Source: an uncultured Candidatus Saccharibacteria bacterium
GTDB lineage: Bacteria; Patescibacteriota; Doudnabacteria; UBA920
Reading direction: 5' to 3'
Assembly: GCA_964631145.1 (NCBI GenBank)
Contig: CAZVXT010000002.1
Location: 1,140-65,139, forward strand
DNA length: 64,000 bases
The notes under the pieces: model-generated
The model's input: the letters and a program-made list of their open reading frames with translations, nothing else
The model's database searches: none
Told to the model about the DNA's origin: nothing
Shown: positions 57,401-64,000 of the stretch, in pieces
Layout: every line of letters begins with the position of its first letter
Numbering within the stretch: position 1 is the stretch's first letter
Program-made: the position numbers and the translations under genes

Positions 57401-58597
57401 AAGTATTTATTAGAAGATCACGGTGCTATTACTATTGAAAGAGCAACAAAATATAAAGATAATCTCCAAAAAATGGCAGATTCTGCAGACAAGCAGGCTA
57501 AAGATTTAGAAAAAGGTATGCAGAAAAAAATTAATAATGGCACTATTGATGCTAATGGAGAAGAAGCGACTAAGACTAAAAAGAAAATAGCTGATTTAAG
57601 ACAAGATGCACAGCAGTACCAAGATGGGGCTAAGAATCTTGACGCTGCTATTGGTAGAAGTCAGGCTGCAGGCAGCAATGAAGTATCATTAGAAAATAAA
57701 AATGTAGATTTAAATTTGGTCAGCCCGGTATTAAAAGTTGATCAATTATCTATAGACTTAGAGGATGATAGTAAAAAAGCAGCTAAAGTTATCAAAGCAG
57801 ATAAAGAATCTATAGATCTGGATGATAAACGTCGAGAGCAATATGGTATTCAACATATTACTGAAGATCAACAGAAAGATTTTAGGAGGCAAAGTGATTC
57901 TTATCGAGATGAAGCTAAGAGTGTAAATATGGTCACTTCAAAAGAAGGTCAAGCTGCACTTAATATACTTAAGAAAGATGCAGCAGAAAAAATTGAAAAA
58001 ATTGATGATGTGGATGGATTAAAAGAAATTTATAAAGAAGCATTGGCTAAAAATAACTCCGCGTTGGCAGCTGCCATAGCAGAAAAAATGGCTAAAATAG
58101 GTGGATTGGATGACTTGCTTAAGATGAGGGGATTTGATAATAACCTTAAAGATTTTCAAAGATTTATTGATCAAGAGTTTAAAAACTTGGCACCTCAGTT
58201 AAGGTTGCAATTAGGATCGCAAATTTCTTATATTGCTAAAGGTAATGGAAATGCTGTGTTAGGAAATGCAACAACATACGAATATAATAAAGGCACAGGA
58301 GAGGTTGTTGTTAATTGGTCTCAAGAAGGATTGGCTAGTAAAAAGTTGGATGCTAAGCAAAAAAGCGATCGTCCAGATGTTGCTTCTAAGTATAAAAAGA
58401 CAGATATTTCTAAAGAAGCTGGGGGACTATGGTATTTGAACCAAGGTTTTGTGGATGCTATGAATAACTGGAATCCTGCTGCAGTAGACAACTTTGTTAA
58501 GGATGCACCAACTTCATTAGTGAAACATATATTGGACTCGAAAGGTAGCGAGCAAATCAAAACTAGTGTGAAAAATATTTTAAGCAGCGTAGTATAA
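54479..58597 (+). CDS. Extended VirB6/TrbL-like membrane protein
   Basis: GWVIIRNLTNIAFI, LILMALLVNFS, RIIMLWVLYMVSPFA and WWSEF core between large soluble domains. Confidence 0.75.
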   Translation: MNQKQTSKLHNKFRNKFLIFKKPLLLFLAFVLLMPIVITLTNTAKAGASFNFSESGTLSDESKTGNCPVNKMPFKSVIEVNKPQNAGGLLSNSTFTTGINQDLKFYVSMEVTNNTGIRGAVDSVSGGAANFQTIVDNCKAQAEAGKINLRAVIDYKRFTVAGNNPYIAAGQLRTPAVTMTFGNGKLEANLTTKIPTSSLGGAIVGDNSPSSTGDRIIVSFEVTANVGTTWNRNISGTGITGLLQKANVNDESVTQAVNQSKEVGTSTTVDLQDVAKSLTLDSTKDKKGFETVYRYAEDQKDTDSARQGKIQIPFYLSWKGTGSPPLLNSPLIRQQDALFKGALDGFYLGISKEYKNDKSTPQCGSTITDFWCTSLILDQAPKQARELDVQDTLNLSYANISALDTDTAAASTATTKPKLVKKAVALPMVSVKASNDNAVMTNNSSAITIEVYATFEDLKKACQEADANADCSKPENLYYGHKYTEVTTTGAQDSKDTTAKTLIDFLRRVVVDITLLLTGLIYKIFSFILVPVLKALLSIHPYEDKFVDFIYPGWVIIRNLTNIAFIIALLVMGLKVMFRQEGVGNSQGFLVRLILMALLVNFSLVIGQSVVAIADTVQSQFLPENNKVLEVLGQKLMVDPVIIFRDSLNDPNNNFSETPAASDIFKPIVLLVLSIASFFAFVALAGLIFVRIIMLWVLYMVSPFAYFGRLLKETQKYADQWWSEFIKQTMTVPILAFFLNITALMATTFAVRTGSSVTVSPANEYLLGGITGDLATFTITVISHFVVLIFLGAGMVYATSAGGIGSKAVVKYAKKGFDNFTTRPAKWAYNQAKDLGKYGVKQGKLFGKDAANTFYERNIAGGMLDLKKWKDNWKSSVAETTKRRKAERLARNAQKLGPGNLLPKDATSWAELGKNWKQAGKYLAAKIKGRGPDGLLNNANKFQEASQILTDNDRAALMSRYANHVSDKADIDHEKYLLEDHGAITIERATKYKDNLQKMADSADKQAKDLEKGMQKKINNGTIDANGEEATKTKKKIADLRQDAQQYQDGAKNLDAAIGRSQAAGSNEVSLENKNVDLNLVSPVLKVDQLSIDLEDDSKKAAKVIKADKESIDLDDKRREQYGIQHITEDQQKDFRRQSDSYRDEAKSVNMVTSKEGQAALNILKKDAAEKIEKIDDVDGLKEIYKEALAKNNSALAAAIAEKMAKIGGLDDLLKMRGFDNNLKDFQRFIDQEFKNLAPQLRLQLGSQISYIAKGNGNAVLGNATTYEYNKGTGEVVVNWSQEGLASKKLDAKQKSDRPDVASKYKKTDISKEAGGLWYLNQGFVDAMNNWNPAAVDNFVKDAPTSLVKHILDSKGSEQIKTSVKNILSSVV

Positions 58598-58600
58598 ATT

Positions 58601-59605
58601 ATGAACAATGAAGAACTATTAAAAGATGCTTTACAAAGATTGAATGCCAAAAGTGCAGTCGAGCTTTTAAATATGTCTGAAAAAAATCCAAGCATGAACC
58701 TGGATAATATTACTAAGATAAGATTATCTTATGTAAGGATGAATAGTCTTTCGTTGAACAGGCTTACAGATTTGATGCAGCAATCCATTTTGCAAAGCTA
58801 TACTCTGCCAGATTTTCTATTATCAGAAAAAATAGAAACATTTGCAGAGCTGTTATTTGATCCAGAGCAAGAAATTGAGCTTTACGATCGTATAGGATTT
58901 ATTTTGAGCGGCAGCACTGAACGCGTGGTAACGCAAAGTATTACTATTAATGGTAAGGCGGAAGTTGCTACAATTAGCAATTTTATTGCTGACTATATTA
59001 ATACCTTTAATGAAGTTGACCGAGATGCTTTAACTCAACTTAAATATATTAACAATTCTCCTAATGTTAAAGATTTATTAGAAGTTCAGAGAGCTGTAAT
59101 CAAAGATTTGCTTAAGCTATATGATAAAGCTGAAGATATGGTAGTAATGTGGCAAACTCTTCCTACTGTAGAAAATCCAAAACAAATTGAAGAGTTGTTT
59201 GATATACAAGATTATTACCCAGGAATAGAAAAAGCAGAAGAATCAACTGGTTCTAAGGATGCATTTAATGATCAGAGTCAAAATCAAAATGTAATAAAAG
59301 AAGAGCCGGCTAAGGCTGTTGTGCATCAACGCTCAGAACAGCCTGTACTTCCAAAACGTGTTGTCCAACCTATCCCAACAAGGGTAAATGAGCCTCGTGT
59401 TATAGAGGCTTTGACTCCTCAAAATAAAACAAGTACCCCAGCCATGGATGTCTTACGAGCAAATTATTCTCCAAAAGGAATTATGCAGAGCAATGGTACT
59501 AATATAAAAATTAAAGATGAAGTAGACAGATTACAGGAAGATCAAAAAAAATTTGCTGATATTCAAAAAAAGTTAGATGAATTAAAGACTAGAAAGTCTA
59601 AATAA
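58601..59605 (+). CDS. Hypothetical protein (T4SS-like cluster)
   Basis: 334-aa ORF in the operon. Confidence 0.7.
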   Translation: MNNEELLKDALQRLNAKSAVELLNMSEKNPSMNLDNITKIRLSYVRMNSLSLNRLTDLMQQSILQSYTLPDFLLSEKIETFAELLFDPEQEIELYDRIGFILSGSTERVVTQSITINGKAEVATISNFIADYINTFNEVDRDALTQLKYINNSPNVKDLLEVQRAVIKDLLKLYDKAEDMVVMWQTLPTVENPKQIEELFDIQDYYPGIEKAEESTGSKDAFNDQSQNQNVIKEEPAKAVVHQRSEQPVLPKRVVQPIPTRVNEPRVIEALTPQNKTSTPAMDVLRANYSPKGIMQSNGTNIKIKDEVDRLQEDQKKFADIQKKLDELKTRKSK

Positions 59606-59613
59606 ATTTTGTT

Positions 59614-60408
59614 ATGAACGAATTAAAAGTTCGACAATTAAAACAGCTGATAAATATTAGTACCGTGTTAAGCCCTCAAGAAAAACAAGAATGGCTTGGT
59701 CTTTTAGAATTGATGAATGATAAACAACTTACTGAATTAGAGCATATATTGGTGCCTAAACCTGCTGTAGAGCCTAAAGTAGAAACAGGTGAAGTAAAGA
59801 CACCGTCTTTAAGCCATATTTCTAGTTTGCCAAATAAAGTGACTATTCCTCAAAACTTTATTAAGTCCACAATTCCTATTAAAGAATCTACTACAGAACC
59901 GATAAAAGTTGCTGTAAATCCTTTAGAAGAAAAACAAAAACAAGCTATCATTAGCAATGAGTCAAATATGGCAGTTGCAGATGGGAAAAATATTGAAGTT
60001 TCTGCTGGGGTGCAACCAAAAAAACAAATTTCAATAATTAGAACTCCTCCTAAAACACCTGATATTAAAGCTGATTTAAATAATATCGAAAGAAATAATA
60101 CAGATATCCCTGAGGTTATACCACCTCCTGCAGAGTTATCAATCGAAGAATTAGAAAATTTATCAGTATCAAATCTAAGAAATTGGGGAGCAAAAGCATT
60201 TATAAAAGTCTTAAGTAAAACAGCATCTGTATATGGTTATTTTGTAACATTGCAAGAATTTGAAAAGAGCCAGTTATATAAAGATTATTTAGAGTATGGT
60301 AGAACCGGCTTGATGATGAATGGTGATTCTAATAAATTAAAGTTAACTCATTCGGAATTTGAGACAATCATAGATTCTATTGCTGCGATGCAGGTTAATA
60401 AGACTTAA
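59614..60408 (+). CDS. Hypothetical protein (T4SS-like cluster)
   Basis: 264-aa ORF with a P/E/K-rich linker. Confidence 0.7.
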   Translation: MNELKVRQLKQLINISTVLSPQEKQEWLGLLELMNDKQLTELEHILVPKPAVEPKVETGEVKTPSLSHISSLPNKVTIPQNFIKSTIPIKESTTEPIKVAVNPLEEKQKQAIISNESNMAVADGKNIEVSAGVQPKKQISIIRTPPKTPDIKADLNNIERNNTDIPEVIPPPAELSIEELENLSVSNLRNWGAKAFIKVLSKTASVYGYFVTLQEFEKSQLYKDYLEYGRTGLMMNGDSNKLKLTHSEFETIIDSIAAMQVNKT

Positions 60409-60454
60409 AATGGTATAATTATTAAGGAGATGTTTATTTAAATTATAAGTAATT

Positions 60455-60901
60455 ATGCAGTTTCCTGTACCACAATTTACAGATGTAGAGGATAAAATTA
60501 TTGCCGGACTTACATTTAAGCAGTTTGGTATTATTTTTGGTGCCGCAGTATTTACATTTGTTATTTATGTTATAACTAAGAACATTCCTATTACCATAGG
60601 CTTTGGAGTATTAACTGGACTTCCTTCATTGGCATTAGTATTTGGTAAGCTCAATGGTAGACCTTTGTATGCTAGCGCCGGAGCATTTATTCAATATTTA
60701 TTTGGCGCAAAAGTGTATACATATCATAAAGCTGGATACAAAGAAGTAGAAATAAATACAGAGATACCTAAAGCAAAACCGGAAGTAGAGAAGATAGATC
60801 GATCTCCTTTAAAGTTGAAAGAACTAACTTATGCATTAGAACAAGGCAGAGAAGAAGAAAATAAAATTTTAGATATTATTAATAAAGATAAGCAAAAATA
60901 G
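60455..60901 (+). CDS. PrgI-family (VirB3-like) protein
   Basis: MQFPVPQFTDVEDKIIAGLTFKQF, two TMs, NGRP. Confidence 0.85.
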   Translation: MQFPVPQFTDVEDKIIAGLTFKQFGIIFGAAVFTFVIYVITKNIPITIGFGVLTGLPSLALVFGKLNGRPLYASAGAFIQYLFGAKVYTYHKAGYKEVEINTEIPKAKPEVEKIDRSPLKLKELTYALEQGREEENKILDIINKDKQK

Positions 60902-60906
60902 CTTAC

Positions 60907-61587
60907 ATGGCAGAAAAGAAAAACCAAAACCAAGGACAATCTTCAACTCAAGAATTTTTACAAGTTTCGGAAATTAGAGATAATATTATTATCTTAAAAG
61001 ATGGAACTCTGCGTGCTGTATTAGCTGTTTCTAGCACTAATTTTGATTTAAAGAGCGAAGAAGAACAAAATGCTTTGATTTATTCATATCAGAGATTTTT
61101 AAATTCGCTTGAGTTTAGTATTCAGATTTTGATGCAGAGTCGAAAAATGGAAATTGCTGACTACACAGAAAAGCTTAGGCAGATTATGGATAAGCAGACA
61201 ACCGAGCTTATGAGAATGCAAACCGCAGAATATATAGATTTTATAGATAGGCTCGTAGAATCTGCAAATGTCATGAATAAAAGTTTTTATGTAGTCGTTC
61301 CTTATGATATGAGCGTAAATCCAGGAACAACAAGCTTTTTTAGTAAATTATTTGGAAGCGGTAAAACAAAAGAAATCGAAGATAAAAGAGTAAATCTAGA
61401 AACGTATGGCAAGCAGTTAGACGAACGCGTTACGACAATCGAAAATAATTTAGCAGGCTGTGGTTTAAAAGTTATGAGACTTCAAACAGGGCAATTGATA
61501 GAGTTAATTTATAATTCTTACAATTTTAGTGCAGGTCCTTCTATAGATGCTAGCCAGCTTTCGCAAATCAATATTAAAGCACAGTAA
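60907..61587 (+). CDS. TraC/VirB4 N-terminal-like protein
   Basis: STQEFL...NFDLKSEEEQ...FLNSL.F.IQI...KSFYVVVPY. Confidence 0.75.
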   Translation: MAEKKNQNQGQSSTQEFLQVSEIRDNIIILKDGTLRAVLAVSSTNFDLKSEEEQNALIYSYQRFLNSLEFSIQILMQSRKMEIADYTEKLRQIMDKQTTELMRMQTAEYIDFIDRLVESANVMNKSFYVVVPYDMSVNPGTTSFFSKLFGSGKTKEIEDKRVNLETYGKQLDERVTTIENNLAGCGLKVMRLQTGQLIELIYNSYNFSAGPSIDASQLSQINIKAQ

Positions 61588-61589
61588 TT

Positions 61590-63434
61590 ATGGGACTATT
61601 TTCATTAAATCAAACTGATTTAGATAAAAAAAAGGCGGAGTTAGCCAATTTAAAAGGGCAAATTTCTGCTGATCAAAAATTATCTGAAGTTGAAAAAGAA
61701 TATCAGGAAGGTATTACACAGCTTCAAGATTTGTTAGCCCCAGCTTCTTTAAAGTTTACTGGTTCTTCTTTCGAATTAAACGGTAAGTTTGGACGCAGCT
61801 TTTTTACTTTGGCTTATCCTAGATTTTTATCTTCCAATTGGCTTTCATTTATTATAAATTCTGAAAGTGCTTTAGATGTATCTATGTTTATCTACCCAAT
61901 AGATTCTGAGATTGTTTTAAAAAAGCTAAAGTCAAAAGTTGGAGAGATTGGCTCGCAGATCATGATTGAGCAAGAAAAAGGGTTGGCTCGCAACCCGATG
62001 TTGGAAACTGCTTATCATGATGTTGAGGATTTACGTGACCAATTACAGCAAGGTACCGAGCATTTCTTTAGATTTGGATTGTATTTTACTTTGTATTCCG
62101 ATAGTTTGGAAGAATTAGATAAGAACTCAAAAATATTAGAAAGCGCCCTTGGGGCTAAGTTAGTTGTAACTAAGAGAGCAATGCTTGCAATTGAACCAGG
62201 CTTTAATTCAACATTGCCTTTAGGACTTGATCAGCTAAATGTTGCAAACAACCTCAATACAAGTCCTTTATCAACGACATTTCCTTTTGTATCTTCTGAT
62301 TTAACTGGTAATGATGGTATTTTGTATGGAGTTAACAGGCATAATAATAGTTTAATTTTGTTTGATCGTTTTCAGATGGAAAATGCTAATTTTGTGGTTT
62401 TTGCTAAGTCCGGTGCAGGAAAAAGTTATGCTGTAAAACTAGAAATTTTGCGATCTTTAATGTTAGGTATAGAAATTATTGTCATAGATCCAGAAAATGA
62501 ATATCAGCATTTAGCCGAAGCTGTAGGTGGTACTTATATAAATATATCTTTAAATTCTGATTTTCGTGTTAATCCATTTGATTTGCCAATCGGTATTGCG
62601 GATGAAGACCCTGCAGATACTTTACGAAGTTCTGTAATTAACTTGATGGGCTTGATGGGGCTTGTATTGGGTAAGCTTGATCCTTCAGAGGAAGCAATTT
62701 TAGATAAAGCTATTTGGCAAACTTATGCTAAAAAAGATATTACCGAAAATACTGATTTTAGAAGTGCAGAAATGCCAATTATGAGCGATTTAATTGAAGT
62801 GCTTTCAGGTATGGTAGGTGGAGAAAGTTTGGCTCTTAGATTAGGTAAATTTACTGAAGGGACTTTTTCTGGATTGCTAAATCAACAAACCAACGTGGTT
62901 TTGCAAAATCAACTTTTGGTCTTTTCTATTAGAGATCTTGAAGATCAACTTCGTCCAATAGCTATGTATATTATTTTAGGACATATTTGGAATGTTGTTA
63001 GAAGTGAGCTTAAAAAGCGTATTTTGGTTTTGGATGAAGCCTGGTTGATGATGCAGCATGAAGATAGCGCTCGTTTTGTTTTTGGTATCGCCAAGCGTGC
63101 ACGTAAATACTACCTAGGTTTAACAACTATTACTCAGGATGTGGCGGATTTTATGGCTAGTCCATATGGAAAACCTATTGTTACCAACTCATCCATACAG
63201 CTATTATTGAAGCAAAGCCCTGCGGCAATTGATGTTGTTGCAGAAACCTTCTTTTTGACTGAAGGTGAAAAATATTTATTACTCGAGAGTGATGTTGGTG
63301 AAGGGATATTTTTTGCTGGATTAAAGCACGCAGCAATAAAAATTTATGCTTCTTATGTCGAAGATCAAATTATTACTACTGATCCAAAACAATTATTAGA
63401 AATAGAAGCCAGTAAAGAAGACTTTAATAATTAG
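61590..63434 (+). CDS. virB4: VirB4-like T4SS ATPase
   Basis: AKSGAGKS Walker A, IDPENEY, LDEAW Walker B, KRARKY...TTITQ. Confidence 0.9.
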   Translation: MGLFSLNQTDLDKKKAELANLKGQISADQKLSEVEKEYQEGITQLQDLLAPASLKFTGSSFELNGKFGRSFFTLAYPRFLSSNWLSFIINSESALDVSMFIYPIDSEIVLKKLKSKVGEIGSQIMIEQEKGLARNPMLETAYHDVEDLRDQLQQGTEHFFRFGLYFTLYSDSLEELDKNSKILESALGAKLVVTKRAMLAIEPGFNSTLPLGLDQLNVANNLNTSPLSTTFPFVSSDLTGNDGILYGVNRHNNSLILFDRFQMENANFVVFAKSGAGKSYAVKLEILRSLMLGIEIIVIDPENEYQHLAEAVGGTYINISLNSDFRVNPFDLPIGIADEDPADTLRSSVINLMGLMGLVLGKLDPSEEAILDKAIWQTYAKKDITENTDFRSAEMPIMSDLIEVLSGMVGGESLALRLGKFTEGTFSGLLNQQTNVVLQNQLLVFSIRDLEDQLRPIAMYIILGHIWNVVRSELKKRILVLDEAWLMMQHEDSARFVFGIAKRARKYYLGLTTITQDVADFMASPYGKPIVTNSSIQLLLKQSPAAIDVVAETFFLTEGEKYLLLESDVGEGIFFAGLKHAAIKIYASYVEDQIITTDPKQLLEIEASKEDFNN

Positions 63435-63442
63435 TTATCAAA

Positions 63443-64000
63443 ATGTCAATTGAGGATAATAATGCAATAACTGATAATTCTGTGGTAGAATCTCCAAATA
63501 ATTCTGGAGATTCTTTTGTAGACGACTCTGTAGATTTAATAGATAATCAACCTTCTGGACAGAAGGGGTTTTATGATATTGATACACAAAATCCAAGTAA
63601 GTGGGATATGGCTAAAGCTGCCGCATTTAGAAAGACTAGGCAAAAGTTGATGCGTGCTCCTATGGAGAAATTAGGAGAACAAGTGTTGGGTGATAAGTCA
63701 GGATTTTTGGATGGGCGCGAAACCCCCAGAGAAAAAGCTAAGGAGATTGCTCGTCAAAAAGCCCGTGATTTTGCTAAAAATAAACTAGCAAACAAAATTG
63801 GTAATGAGGGGATTAAAAAAGGTTTAGAAAAAGGATTATCTAAAGGAGCAAGTAAGTTAGCTAAAGATGGGGCAAAAAAACTTGGGAAGGAAGCTGGTAA
63901 AAAAGTTGCAGAAGAAGGCGTAAAGATGGCTGCTAAAGGTACTGCTCAGGCAGCTACCAAAGGGCTTCAAAGCATTATTTCTGGAGCAGCGGTTGCTTCT
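63443..64000 (+). CDS. Partial K/A/G-rich protein (runs off the window)
   Basis: Open frame from ATG 63443 to the end: MSIEDNN...KKGLEKGLSKGASKLAKDGAKKLGKEAGKK. Confidence 0.7.
   Translation, partial: MSIEDNNAITDNSVVESPNNSGDSFVDDSVDLIDNQPSGQKGFYDIDTQNPSKWDMAKAAAFRKTRQKLMRAPMEKLGEQVLGDKSGFLDGRETPREKAKEIARQKARDFAKNKLANKIGNEGIKKGLEKGLSKGASKLAKDGAKKLGKEAGKKVAEEGVKMAAKGTAQAATKGLQSIISGAAVAS

Noticed and set aside
455-58695. Many short ORFs overlapping or antisense to long genes (e.g. 455-655, 12007-12342, 40253-40612, 58321-58695)
   Set aside because: Shadow frames of well-supported genes, with no motifs or initiation signals.
1-64000. Retron, DGR or IS element
   Set aside because: No reverse transcriptase or transposase ORF, and no adenine-variant repeat pair noticed.

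Overview
AT-rich chromosomal segment in genetic code 11, most likely from a Patescibacteria/CPR bacterium (inferred from the type IV pilin cluster, PaaX/Cas2-like regulator, PrgI-VirB4-VirB6-like T4SS cluster and mostly SD-less housekeeping genes). 1-~6.9 kb is one end of an integrative element inserted at tRNA-Asn by a large serine recombinase. It carries an MboII-like type IIS R-M system, a rep-like gene with iteron-like repeats and two structured non-coding leaders, and by manual scan it lacks the GAAGA site altogether. The rest is backbone (pilins, glycerate kinase, nrdR-nrdA-nrdB, murI, infC-rpmI-rplT, Nramp, tmRNA, smpB, argS, ileS, recO, pcrA, rsmA, T4SS-like cluster) with interspersed single-gene cassettes, many beside duplicated tmRNA 3' ends. 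Strongest unexplained signals: a ~295-nt GC-rich, pseudoknotted transcription unit between argS and ileS with its own promoter and terminator; a family of long palindromes with a fixed tandem-GA core and covarying arms; and a split between leaderless housekeeping genes and GGAGG-led accessory genes. All calls come from reading the sequence and remembered family motifs; no searches or folding computations were run.
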